This document shows positions 1-11,062 of a stretch of 27,539 bases of DNA, one piece after another. Below the pieces are notes generated by a model. The model made no database searches. It worked only from the letters and a program-made list of their open reading frames with translations, and had not been told where the DNA came from. Position numbers and translations under genes: made by a program. Position 1 is the stretch's first letter, and each line of letters opens with the position of its first letter. Source of the stretch: Ginkgo biloba (taxonomy: Eukaryota; Plantae; Ginkgophyta); assembly GCA_024626585.2 (NCBI GenBank), contig JANKJI020000002.1:16307887-16335425 (forward strand), in the 5' to 3' direction.

Positions 1-1732
1 CGAGACTAAGCAACTGATTCTAAAACACTTAATGAGAGAAGAAATGAATGATAGAAAAGTAGAGAAAGAAACTAGTGTAGGTACATAACAACCTGCTTAA
101 TCGTGCTATAGAATAAAAACTCTTCTACTTGGCAATGAAGATGAGAATAAGGCCATTAAAGTGGGAGACTACAAGGATGAGAGTACTATCACAATGGCAT
201 ATTAGGTGTTTAAAGAGCATGTTGATGTTTTCACATGGCATATAAGAACTTGAAAGGAATTCTACTAGAGATTAGGTAGTTAAGAATCGAGCTAGATGAA
301 AGAGAAAAACCAATAAGGTAGTGACCTTATAGAATAAATCCAAAATACAAGAACATTGTGCAAGAGGATATTGATAAACTATTAGACGCAAGTTGTATAC
401 CTAATGAAGAAGAGATAATGTGTATCTCCAATTATAATTACCAAGAAGGAAAATGGCAAGTTACAGATGTGTGTAGACTTCAAAAAGCTAAATAGTTTGA
501 TAAAGAAGGACCCATTTGCAATAGCTTTTACTAAAGAGATTTTAGAGATTATGCCAAAAAGAGAGAGCTCTGGTCATTCACATATTGATTTTTTTTGTTA
601 TAATCAAATACAAATCTTTTTAGATGATCAATTGAAGACCATATTCGCAACCAAATGAGGATCCTATGCTTATAAGGCCATGTTGTTTGGATTGACAAAT
701 GCACCAATTGTTTTCTCAAGCATCATAACTATAGTCTTCAAGGAGTTTATACACAATTTTTTAGAGATCTATTTAGATGATTAGTATTTTTGCATTTATT
801 TGGGAGCATATTACTCATTTGAGAGCATTGTTACAGAGATACAAGGAGATAAGAATCTCTTTGAATTCAACAGTGTCAAATGCTGATGCCATTTGGTAAG
901 TTATTAGGGCANNNNNNNNNNNNNNNNNNNNNNTAATTGTGGACTCTGTAAAGGTGAGAATAATCCTTGAGTTAGAAATTCTCGTGAATCCATCTTAGGT
1001 TAAAACGTTTTTGAGATATAATGGGTACTACTATAAATTCATAAAGTGGTATGCAAAGATTGCATGGCCATTATAAAAGCTATTGAAGAAGGACAAACCT
1101 TATATTTGAACAGAAGAATTCAGAGTTCATTTGAACTCTTAAAGAAGAAGATAGTGAAGGCACCAATACTTCAATTTCTAAATTAAAAAGAAAAATTCCA
1201 TGTATATGTTGATGCTTATTCAATTGTAATAGGATTGATTTTAGCATAGTTGAGCATTGGGAAGATTGATCATCTAATATACTTTGCAATAGGAAAATTT
1301 AGCAAAGAAGAGATGAATTAGTCTAGTATAGAAAGAGAGGCTTTAGGTATTATATATTTAATGCAAAAATTTAGTTATTATTTACTTGGAAACAAGTTTG
1401 AATTCTATGTAGATCACTAAGCGTTAGAATATATTGTGAATAAGCCCATACGACACGAGAGATTAATCAAGTCAATAATACTATTGCAAGAATATGATTT
1501 TGAGATATTCTTAAATCGTGGAAAATATCATGTGGGATCGGATCACCTGTCAAAAATAGAGAATGGTGACAAAGAAGAAATTAATGATGAATTTCTTGAT
1601 TTCCATCTATTCAAAATAAACACTATACCAAATCAATTCAAAGAGATTGTAGATTATCTTTCAATTGGTATGGCACTAAAAGAATAGGAAGTGTTAAAAA
1701 GAAAATGATTATCCAAAATACATTTAAGTTAT
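1..1732 (+). mobile_element. Decayed Ty3/gypsy pol fragment (reverse transcriptase + RNase H), non-chromovirus (Athila/Tat-side) type
   Basis: Across stops and frameshifts it reads FKEHVDVFTW..LKGI, PYRINPKYKNIVQEDIDKLLDA, SPIIITKKENGKLQMCVDFKKLN, YNQIQI, MLFGLTNAP, EIYLDD* (~764-784), then RNase H HVYVDA, EREALGII, YVDH*ALEYIVNK, LLQEYDFEI, DHLSKIE..INDEF. It is cut by a gap at 1733. Confidence 0.92.
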
Positions 1733-2163
1733 NNNNNNNNNNNNNNNNNNNNNNNNNNNNNNNNNNNNNNNNNNNNNNNNNNNNNNNNNNNNNNNNNNNN
1801 NNNNNNNNNNNNNNNNNNNNNNNNNNNNNNNNTATACATGTACATACTTGCTTGACATTATCAAACAACCTAAACCCTGTGGTCCAAAGACATATTTTGA
1901 TTCTATATCTTTCTACGGGGTCTCTCTTTCCTATCCAATTACCTAGTGTTTGTATCCAATTTTCCACTTGTTTCCTAGAAGTATACATCTATTATACTTA
2001 AATTTGATTATCGACCACTCACCCCAATGAAGTAAGAAAACTATCNNNNNNNNNNNNNNNNNNNNNNNNNNNNNNNNNNNNNNNNNNNNNNNNNNNNNNN
2101 NNNNNNNNNNNNNNNNNNNNNNNNNNNNNNNNNNNNNNNNNNNNNNNNNNNNNNNNNNNNNNN

Positions 2164-2840
2164 GGATGAAAAATATTTTTTAGAAATATACTTGGATGTG
2201 CAACAACCATTGATGTTGCAGAATGAGCACCTTAAGGACTATCATTTATAGGATTAAATTTTATACAAGTTGAGTAAAATTTGTGTGCCACATGGAGGGC
2301 ACAAAAATTAGCTCATCAGAGAAGCTCATCATTCAAAGGTGGTAGGGAAATTTGGATTGTAGAAGACATTGTATAACTTGAAGAGATACTTCCATTGGCC
2401 ACAAATGGCCAAGGATGTTGCTAAGTCCATTAGGGAATGTACATCATGCTACATTTCTAAGCCAACAAACATAAATCTTGGAAAGTACATACCTCTACCT
2501 GTACTGGCTCAACCATGGGAGTCTACTTCCATGGATTTTCGTAGTGGATTGTTGACCACCCAAAGGGGAAATGATTAGTTGTTTGTAATAGTGGACAGAT
2601 TTAGCAAGATGTCTATCCTCATACCTTACAGGAAGTTAATTATGGGGCAACAAGCAATAAAATTATTTTTCCAGTATATGTGAGTGCATTTTGGATTGCC
2701 CAAATCCATCATATTAGATAGAGATAATAGATTTATTAGTAACTTTTGGTGTACTTTATGGACACTTATGGATAATCGATTGAAGTAGAGCATAACCTTT
2801 CATCCATAGAGGAATGGATAGACAAAATTTATCACCAGAA
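2164..2840 (+). mobile_element. Decayed Ty3/gypsy integrase fragment, chromovirus-type
   Basis: One frame with in-frame stops: LIREAHHSKVVGKFG..YFHWPQM..ECTSC (HHCC finger, second H lost), PWESTSMDF, VDRFSKM, HFGLPKSIILDRD, FHP*RNG*TK (decayed FHPQTDGQTE). Confidence 0.92.
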
Positions 2841-2940
2841 NNNNNNNNNNNNNNNNNNNNNNNNNNNNNNNNNNNNNNNNNNNNNNNNNNNNNNNNNNNN
2901 NNNNNNNNNNNNNNNNNNNNNNNNNNNNNNNNNNNNNNNN

Positions 2941-3732
2941 CTTCCTTTCTGCATTATTATTCATGGTTAGCTACTTCCTTTTCATTATGTTATGCAATGT
3001 TAACATGTAAAATGCCCAACTACTCCATCTCTGAATCATGGGGTGGGATAGTGCCATTTTTGTGACATTTTTTTTTGGATTTTTGGGCTTGGTCATGTTG
3101 TCTTCCTCTTCTTTCATTCCCTGTAGTTGGGATTCCTTAGTTACTGCTCTCCCCCTCTCATTTCTACCTATTGTAGGGTCACCCCTATTTTTGTTAGTGT
3201 CCTCTATGTTTGGCCCCTATTGTGCCACCCTAGTCATGGCTCTCTCGACTCAACCCTCAACCTTGCTTGGCATATTGTCCCTCTTATCTCCCCCTTGTGG
3301 CTGCCCTACACCCCCTAGCCACTGTCAGGGTTGCCTGCCCCCTTGTGTGGCCTCTTTCCTTTGTATCCCTACTATGGTGCCTCTCCTGCATCCTCCTCTG
3401 ACCATGGAATCCCCTCTTGGGGCCCTTTTATCCTGTGTCACGGCCATGTGTTCCCTTGCAACTTTCGCATGACCTATCTGCAAGTCAAAATTGATGCAAA
3501 CCCTAAAATGACAAAATAAAATAAAATAATAACAAAATATTAAAACCTAAAGTTCATTCAAAATAATTCACTAAGCCTTAAAGTTTTAAAGCCATTATCA
3601 CTTGGAGTGCCAATAAACTCCACCTGAGGGGCTTAACACCACAGAATGGGGCTTGTCCTTCCTCTTTCAGGGGTCCTAAAACAAAAAAATAAATAAAAAT
3701 TGAAAGCTTTTGATTTTTGAAAGGGTGTCATA
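2941..3732 (-). mobile_element. Probable LTR 5' portion of a retrotransposon
   Basis: The minus strand begins TATGACACCC at 3732, one transition from a TGTGACACCC-type LTR terminus, and is preceded by a purine-rich tract. The sequence is strand-skewed and non-coding. No partner LTR or TSD is visible. Confidence 0.4.
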
Positions 3733-3770
3733 TCCTTATTTTTCTCATTTTCCATTTTTTCCTTCACCTG

Positions 3771-3913
3771 TTCATCTAATGGACTATGCCATTCATCTAA
3801 CGGGATTTTTCTTCATTCTCTCCATGGCTAATGCCCTCTTCCACTCATCTAACAATCTTTTCCTTCATTTGCTCATCTAATGGGCTTCTTCCGCTCATCT
3901 AATGAGCTTATCC
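3771..3913. repeat. Degenerate short repeat cluster (TCATCTAA core x5)
   Basis: TCATCTAA occurs at ~3772, 3793, 3845, 3873 and 3895. The last two form a 22-bp tandem pair (gctcatctaatgggcttcttcc / gctcatctaatgagcttatcc). Confidence 0.7.
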
Positions 3914-4915
3914 TTCTTCCTTTTATCTTACTCCTTCATCTGTTCATCCCTTGTCTCTCCCCAACATACTACAATGACACAATTTTATTAAATCNNNNNN
4001 NNNNNNNNNNNNNNNNNNNNNNNNNNNNNNNNNNNNNNNNNNNNNNNNNNNNNNNNNNNNNNNNNNNNNNNNNNNNNNNNNNNNNNNNNNNNNNTATTAA
4101 AAGTCATAAAAGGTGTAACAGAGGTAAATGGAAGATTTTAAGATGTCAATCATAAATTGGCCACTATAAACAATGAAAATCCACCTTTACATTTACATTT
4201 CTTCAAGATAATGGACTGAGAATTTAACCCTATGACCAAAATCTAGGAGATAATGGACTTCTAGAGGATTTAATGCCATAACCAAAATATCAAATGGATG
4301 GAGAAGAAAAGATTTTGTATAAATTTATGAGGAATCTATGCGGCCAATAAAATTAAATTTAATTACTTCAAAAATGAATCTACGTAGAAGAAATAAGTGG
4401 CCAAAAAAAACCTTTAGCACACACAAATGAATCGACAGAAAAATTAAATAAAATTGAAGCATCTCATACATGAACTTCTAATTGTTTCTATGGCGATTGG
4501 ACTCTTGTTGAGAAATAAACAAAGATCCGAATCCATAAAAAGACTTGTTCCATTTACTATAATAAAAATATATCTTAAAAAGTTTAAAAGTGTTGTATTA
4601 AATGCCTAGGGATGGCCAAGATTACATTTATCGGTTGTGATTTCAAGGTAAATTCATACATGGTTATTAGAAATGGTTCTCTATGGAATAGTTAAAGGGG
4701 CAATTTATACAAATCTATGAATTTATGCAATGGCTAACAGACCAACAACGTTTAAGCCTTAAGATGATTCTTAATATTTTCTAAAACAAATATCACATAA
4801 TGTTCTACAAGAAAATCAACTTAATGTACCCGTAGAACGAATGCCATTATTTTGCGGAGAGTAGGATGTTCTAATACATACCTGTTTCGCTCAACACAAA
4901 AAAAAATATTATCGT

Positions 4916-5187
4916 TCAAGCGATCACCATTGGGAGTTCTAGAGAGCATGTTACTGAATCGTGTCCGCAGTGCAGATAGGATTCGAGCGGAGAACAATGG
5001 CGCTGAAAGGATTAACTTCTTCAAGCGATCGCTATTGGGAGTTCCAAAAAACAAATTACCGAGACGTGTCTGCAATACAAAAAAAGCAATCAGATAGAGA
5101 ACAATCGCACAGGAAGGTGTCCGCAGTGCGGAGAGAATTCAAGCGCAGAACGGCGGCGAGAGCATTCGAGCGAAGAATGATGGCGCA
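4916..5187. repeat. CpG-rich modular direct repeats
   Basis: ttcaagcgatc..attgggagttc...gtgtc(c/t)gca occurs at 4916 and 5020. gtgtccgcagtgc..attc(g/a)agcg.agaac occurs at 4961 and 5117, with a further attcgagcgaagaa..tggcgc at ~5164. Confidence 0.75.
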
Positions 5188-5400
5188 CGAATGCCTCTCC
5201 AATGGCAATGGCGCAAAACGTGCAGGGAAATAACCTCACCGTGCAAGGCAGGAGGTGTGAGGGTTGGAATATGACATCCTATATTTGTCAAAGCTAATTT
5301 TTAATGACGTTTTTTATATAATTAATTTGAAGCTTTGAAACAATAATTAGATGTCACAAGTTGATATTCATCAAAATGAAAACATCATAAAACAACAATC

Positions 5401-5493
5401 TTACTTTATAAGTATTGATTGATATTCAACTTTATTTTACATGTAATGATTGATATTCGACCTTACTTTACAAATATTGATTGATATTCGTAT
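5401..5493. repeat. 31-bp minisatellite, 3 copies
   Basis: ttactttataagtattgattgatattcaact / ttattttacatgtaatgattgatattcgacc / ttactttacaaatattgattgatattcgtat. Confidence 0.88.
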
Positions 5494-5712
5494 ATAGTAT
5501 ATAGGTAGACATGCCAAAAAAATTTGGTTTTTTGATATTAATATGTTTGAACAACATCTCCCATTCTACAATATACATTGTACTTGCCATTCAATTCATA
5601 CTATTGTTTTATGTAATCNNNNNNNNNNNNNNNNNNNNNNNNNNNNNNNNNNNNNNNNNCAAAAATAGAAATTTGGCACCAATTGAACACCCCACCCAAT
5701 CACTGCCCTTTT

Positions 5713-5811
5713 TATGTGCCTTTCAACTTATAGCACGTGGCATCGTGCAGTTGACTCAATGTCCCATCGCCAACTGCACGGTGCCGCGTGTTGTAAGTTG
5801 AAGGCCACATA
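5713..5811. repeat. Inverted repeat / hairpin with 41-bp arms and 17-nt loop
   Basis: 5713-5753 pairs with 5771-5811 without indels: 35 Watson-Crick pairs, 5 G:T pairs and 1 C-C mismatch on the + strand. Confidence 0.95.
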
Positions 5812-7700
5812 GCTCACTCGACCCAATCATAACGTGAAAAATAATAACACAATTCAAAAATGACANNNNNNNNNNNNNNNNNNNNNNNNNNNNNNNNNNN
5901 NNNNNNNNNNNNNNNNNNNNNNNNNNNNNNNNNNNNNNNNNNNNNNNNNNNNNNNNNNNNNNNNNNNNNNNNNNNNNNNNNNNNNNNNNNNNNNNNNNNN
6001 NNNNNNNNNNNNNNNNNNNNNNNNNNNNNNNNNNNNNNNNNNNNNNNNNNNNNNNNNNNNNNNNNNNNNNNNNNNNNNNNNNNNNNNNNNNNNNNNNNNN
6101 NNNNNNNNNNNNNNNNNNNNNNNNNNNNNNNNNNNNNNNNNNNNNNNNNNNNNNNNNNNNNNNNNNNNNNNNNNNNNNNNNNNNNNNNNNNNNNNNNNNN
6201 NNNNNNNNNNNNNNNNNNNNNNNNNNNNNNNNNNNNNNNNNNNNNNNNNNNNNNNNNNNNNNNNNNNNNNNNNNNNNNNNNNNNNNNNNNNNNNNNNNNN
6301 NNNNNNNNNNNNNNNNNNNNNNNNNNNNNNNNNNNNNNNNNNNNNNNNNNNNNNNNNNNNNNNNNNNNNNNNNNNNNNNNNNNNNNNNNNNNNNNNNNNN
6401 NNNNNNNNNNNNNNNNNNNNNNNNNNNNNNNNNNNNNNNNNNNNNNNNNNNNNNNNNNNNNNNNNNNNNNNTTCATCACCAAAACATATATGGGCAAAAT
6501 AAAATAAAAAAACTTGTAAACCCTTCTACGCTACGTCTCACATAGTAATAAAAGAAGGTATAATAAAACCAATTCAAATACTTAATTAAATTAAAACCTG
6601 GAATGTTTGGAACCAAAGTCGACTATAAAAAACCCTCAAGCATTGTGAGGTAATGATGCATCTCTATATAAATGTTCGTTCCCTACGTTTGCAAGAATGG
6701 AGGATTCTATTAAGAAGAAAAAGAGGGTAAAATTTACTCACCTTAAAGTGAAGAGTAATACTGTAAAGATGAAAGAGATTGGAGAGATATTTATTGCATA
6801 CTAAGCACTCTTCTATTGTATACTCTGTAAATCCATAACCTCTATATCATTTAATTTTTTTCTCTTGGGATGGACAATTGCACCACGAGTCTCGTTTGAA
6901 TCATAATTTTATATAATATTATCTCATCCATTTTTTCATCAAAATTCACTATTAATAAATCATGCAGCTTCAATCAATATAAAATCAAATTCCATTGATG
7001 ACATAAAACCATTATAAGTAGTAAATGTAAGATAAAACATCGAGTAAATCTCCACTCTTTTAAATATTATCAAAAATTACCTGACTCAGGTTGGAGTCGG
7101 CCCATTGATTCTAAAGCCAATAGATTGAAGTTACAATTTATGAATCATCGCATTATATATTCATAGATATCAAGATAATTACATGAATATCATACTATTA
7201 ATAATATTTAACGTTTAAATTCAAAGTTTAATGTTATTTCTACAATCTTCAAATTTATTAAAACGTAACAAAAATGGGTTCAAATTTTTTTTTCTGGTCA
7301 ATTGACGACAAAAACTGTTAAAAATGTCTAGACGCCTATTAAATTCCATGCTTGGGTGTGAGGTATGGGCTTTTGCGTGCTGTCAGTGTATTCTCTAAGA
7401 GTGGATGTCCTCAGGCAGCTGGAGTTTGGGTAGAAGACATTATCTAGGGAGGAGTTCAACCACTGCAGTTAATTTAATTTTGATGCAGGATTAGACCACT
7501 CCCTAAACATTACACTAGAATGTCTACGAATATGAACCACAATTGGAGGACAAAGTTTGGCGAAGGGACACTAGTAACTTATTACGATGTGACTAGAATA
7601 ACCTCTTCTTATTGGCGGTGATATGCGCTTGATAGGCACCCTCGCTAATGTTCTTGCAACGCCTCATTTAATGTGAACACCCTCCAAACCGAAAGGAGAA

Positions 7701-7772
7701 AGCTATGCAACCAACAACTTATAGCACATGGCACTGTGCAATTGGCTCTTGGGATTTTGAGGGGACATTGAT
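7701..7772 (-). repeat. Inverted partial second copy of the 5713-5815 hairpin element, cut by a gap
   Basis: agctatg..caacttatagcacatggcactgtgcaattggc...gggacattga matches the reverse complement of the arm, loop (tcaatgtccc) and right flank (catagct) of copy 1. Confidence 0.8.
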
Positions 7773-7828
7773 NNNNNNNNNNNNNNNNNNNNNNNNNNNN
7801 NNNNNNNNNNNNNNNNNNNNNNNNNNNN

Positions 7829-7966
7829 CCAAAAGACTTTATAGAATTTTTATGGTGATATATTACATTAGTACCACTTGTAGGGTTTAGTGGGAGTGGG
7901 CGCCGGGGGTTAGATTAAGGGGTATTAATACAAAATATCACCATAAAGTTTCTATAGAGTGTTTGG
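7829..7966. repeat. Inverted repeat with ~46-bp arms around a G-rich 45-nt spacer
   Basis: ccaaaagactttatagaatttttatggtgatatattacattagtacc (7829-7875) pairs with ggtattaatacaaaatatcaccataaagtttctatagagtgtttgg (7921-7966). Confidence 0.9.
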
Positions 7967-8554
7967 GGCGGGGTTCACAGTAAATGGGGTGGTGTGAGAA
8001 CTTTTTTGGGGGGGGGCGTCTATCAGTGCATATTACTATTGATAGGAGGAGGTGATCATTCTAATGGCAANNNNNNNNNNNNNNNNNNNNNNNNNNNNNN
8101 NNNNNNNNNNNNNNNNNNNNNNNNNNNNNNNNNNNNNNNNNNNNNNNNNNNNNNNNNNNNNNNNNNNNNNAAATGTTGTAGTATGTCTTAGGTGAATGAG
8201 TAAAATTATGTATCGAATAGGATACATCAATTGCATGTGCATAACATACTCATCAAGTTTCATAAAGTCAATGTGTTAATCTTAGTGTGGTCACAACCTC
8301 ACAATTTATTTTTGCCTAGGTGGGCTTTTAACGTGTTTATGTGCCAATTGACAACTATAAGGTAACTTTTCATGTGATGTCTTATAACTATTTTACATTT
8401 AATTTCATGTAACCCTATAGGTCTTAATTCCTAAGAACACCACGAAAAGATATTTTTGATGGCAATTATAGTTTTATTTATTATTCAATCTTCATGACGC
8501 TTTTATCTTTGATTGTGAAGTACTATTGTCACAAATGAATCCCAATGAGTGAGT

Positions 8555-8583
8555 TCCTTGGCAATAGTGCCAAAAGATGTTGG
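8555..8583 (-). mobile_element. Decayed tRNA-Asp primer-binding site plus LTR 3' end (Athila-like)
   Basis: tccttggcaatagtgcca matches TCCCCGGCAACGGCGCCA at 13/18, all differences being transitions. It is followed by aaaga-TGTTGG (LTR end ..CCAACA on the minus strand). Confidence 0.65.
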
Positions 8584-8662
8584 TGCTTGTTGACAACTTA
8601 TTACCAATTAGCCTTTATTTGGTCTTGATCTTAGAATCTTGTGAATGACTCATAATGTTTGA

Positions 8663-8691
8663 TCCCCAACAATGGTACAAAAAGATGTTGG
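8663..8691 (-). mobile_element. Second decayed tRNA-Asp PBS plus LTR 3' end
   Basis: tccccaacaatggtacaa matches the same PBS at 12/18 and is followed by the identical aaaga-TGTTGG junction. Confidence 0.55.
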
Positions 8692-9488
8692 CAATAGAAA
8701 TCCCCAACACACTCCCATTGGCGTGTGGCNNNNNNNNNNTCCATGCTAACAACTTAGATTTTAAATTGATATGACTTTAATTTAAAATAAAATGCTGAGT
8801 TGACCTCAATTCCTTTTGAAATCAAGAGGTCATTGTAATTTTAGGGCAAACTCAAGGTCAAAAAGAGGAGATGGATTCAAATCAAAATCATGGTGTGATG
8901 TCATAATTTTGGATAACAGTTCATAGTGTGAGAACACAAAAAATGTTCCTTTTTTTTCCCCTCAACCCACTATGTACAAAAGTTCAATTTGTCACACAAA
9001 ACATCAACAATGAGTGGTGTTAGCATCCCTTGGATTGATGATGATAGACCGTGCATCCTATACCATGCCCTCGATGTTCACCAGTTTCTTAAGGATGATT
9101 GTATAAAACCAACCTAACTAAATGTTTATATAAACCCATGTTGGTATAGTATTTGAGTGAGAGAAAAAAAATGTCTTCCCTAAAGCTACTTTGGACATTC
9201 ACCAAAGGGTGTAAGAGTTTGCAATCCATAGGTCTATCATGGAAGGGTGTAAAACATCCCCAAGAATTTTGCTATGTGACTATGTGGGCTAACCTTAGAA
9301 ATGGTAGTGGCCCCCCAACACTATGCTTCACTGCCACCATAAATGAGAGAAGAAAAGACTAAAGCGACCCAAAGCAATGGCCGCCGCAAGGGCTTGACCA
9401 ACAGCAAATGAAATAGTGAAGGCATTTCAAATTTATTCTTGACTAATGTTTGTTCAAATATGAATGGTTTATTTCAAGCACTTGAATC

Positions 9489-9778
9489 TAATTCATGCAT
9501 AGGGAGCATTTGGTAAGTTGATAAAGCTTTACAGAGGACCCTACAATGTTACAGTGATTCGAGCAGTCAGCATAAAGTGCTTCACTGTGAAGCTGAACAG
9601 TGAAAGGGTCTCGAAGTGGACGAGAAAGCGATGCATATACATTACAAAAAGGCGGTCTGTCAGAAAGGCACGGTTAACCCTGGTTAAAGCCTCATTAAGG
9701 CTCCTGAGGGATACCATCAACAAAAAAAATGTCTACATTAACCCCCGAATCCGCCATTCTGTCCCCTGCTTGTAAATG
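9489..9778 (-). repeat. ~290-bp dispersed repeat, copy A (candidate terminal exon + 3' UTR)
   Basis: Colinear with 10437-10720 at roughly 80% identity by eye. On the minus strand: ttttccatttacaagcAG, then a 71-nt frame (G)DRMADSGVNVDIFFVDGIPQEP*, then a TGTA-rich tail. The repeat is directly visible; the exon reading is inference. Confidence 0.85.
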
Positions 9779-10436
9779 GAAAAAAACTCCTATCAGCGCT
9801 AATGAACAAGTAAAAACAAACAGTATAATTGCTACCCACTGCTTACTAAATTGTAATAAGAGAAATANNNNNNNNNNNNNNNNNNNNNNNNNNNNNNNNN
9901 NNNNNNNNNNNNNNNNNNNNNNNNNNNNNNNNNNNNNNNNNNNNNNNNNNNNNNNNNNNNNNNNNNNTGCACCACTTGAATCACACACCTTTCGATTGAG
10001 ATTTTAACCCCGATGTCATAAAGCCCTTAAAGACAAAAATAAAATCCAAAAGTTGGGCATATGGATCTCAAAAGACCGAGGTGCTAAATGAAAAGAGCCA
10101 TGGCGAAGTGTTGAAGGCAACCTAAGGAAAATCAAATTTATTATTCAATGAGCATTCCCTCTATAACTTTTCTATTATGCGTACCCAAATCACAGATGTA
10201 AGTTGTAACAGAGGCAAAGGTGCATGAGGAAATCCATTGGAATGCCATCTAGATGAACTTGAATGGGATGCAGGGTCCAAGACTGTGATGAAAGCCATTA
10301 TGCAATATATAGGCAGGAAGACTGACAACCACCACTATGACTTCATCGATTTACTACTGCTATTGAAGGAGGAGGAGGAAGAATGACGCTAAAGACGGAT
10401 CATCCATTTCTTATGGGAGTGTTTCTTATTAGGCAA

Positions 10437-10720
10437 TAATTCATGCATAGGGAACATTTGGTAAGTTGGTAAGCTTTACATAGGAACCCACAATGTTACA
10501 AATTATGACTCGAGCAATCAGTATAGAAGTGCTTCAATGCGAAGCTCAATAGTGAAAGAGTCACGAAGCGAAAGAGAAAGCGATGCATATACGTTACAAA
10601 AAGGCGGTTTTGTCAGTAAGGTACGATTAACCCTGGTTAAGTCTCCTGAAGGATACCATCAATAAAAAAATTGCATATATTAACCCCTGAAACTGCCATT
10701 CTGCCCCCTACTTGTAAATG
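10437..10720 (-). repeat. ~285-bp dispersed repeat, copy B
   Basis: Colinear with 9489-9778. ttttctcatttacaagtAG is followed by a 71-nt frame (G)GRMAVSGVNICNFFIDGILQET*. Confidence 0.85.
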
Positions 10721-10961
10721 AGAAAATCTTCGATGAGAAAAGTATCTACGTATGCAACAAACTATGCACCCATGTCTATCGTTTAAAAATGTACTTCCAA
10801 GATATAAAATTTGGTTACAATGGAGAGAGTATTGACTTTTTTCCACTCAAATTATTTAATTGAAGTTGTTTTCATTATTAAGTCAAATTTATTGGTAAAG
10901 TAAAATTTTAATATTATAACTTGAGATTAAATGGTAGGAAGTTGATGGAGATAATTGATGT

Positions 10962-11062
10962 TTATGCTAAGGTGGTTGTTTAGTAACCTTTTGAACCATC
11001 TAATAAAAACATTAATTACTATATCATAAGGACATGTTTTGATCACTGCACAAAAGGATGCT
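10962..11062 (+). repeat. 101-bp dispersed repeat, copy A
   Basis: Ungapped match to 24356-24456 (ttatgcta.ggtggttgtt.agtaacct.ttgaa.catctaataaaaac...aaaaggatgct). It is cut by the gap at 11064. Confidence 0.88.

Noticed and set aside
1-2840. RT-RNase H followed by integrase as one continuous gypsy element
   Set aside because: They are separated by a 100-N spacer and non-coding sequence. The RT/RH is non-chromovirus-like while the integrase is chromovirus-like.
3038-3472. 144-aa hydrophobic ORF as a membrane protein (also 27138-27379)
   Set aside because: The L/S/P/F richness follows from the C/T strand skew of an LTR-like region, and no family motif is present.
4205-4291. ~46-bp imperfect tandem pair (agataatggact..gag.atttaa..c.at.accaaaat)
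   Set aside because: It is real but has only two diverged copies and no further structure, so it is an ordinary local duplication.
4821-5233. Three overlapping ORFs as small genes
   Set aside because: They are explained by higher GC and internal repeats. There are no recognisable motifs, and frames are open on both strands.
5814-6507. Longest ORFs in the track (227 and 215 aa) and all other X-containing ORFs
   Set aside because: They are artefacts of translating through N runs. The 19352-19615 ORF also fuses two unrelated blocks.
6644-6876. Solo LTR (TG..CA with ctatataaat at ~6664)
   Set aside because: No matching TSD, PBS or PPT was found, so the boundaries cannot be supported.
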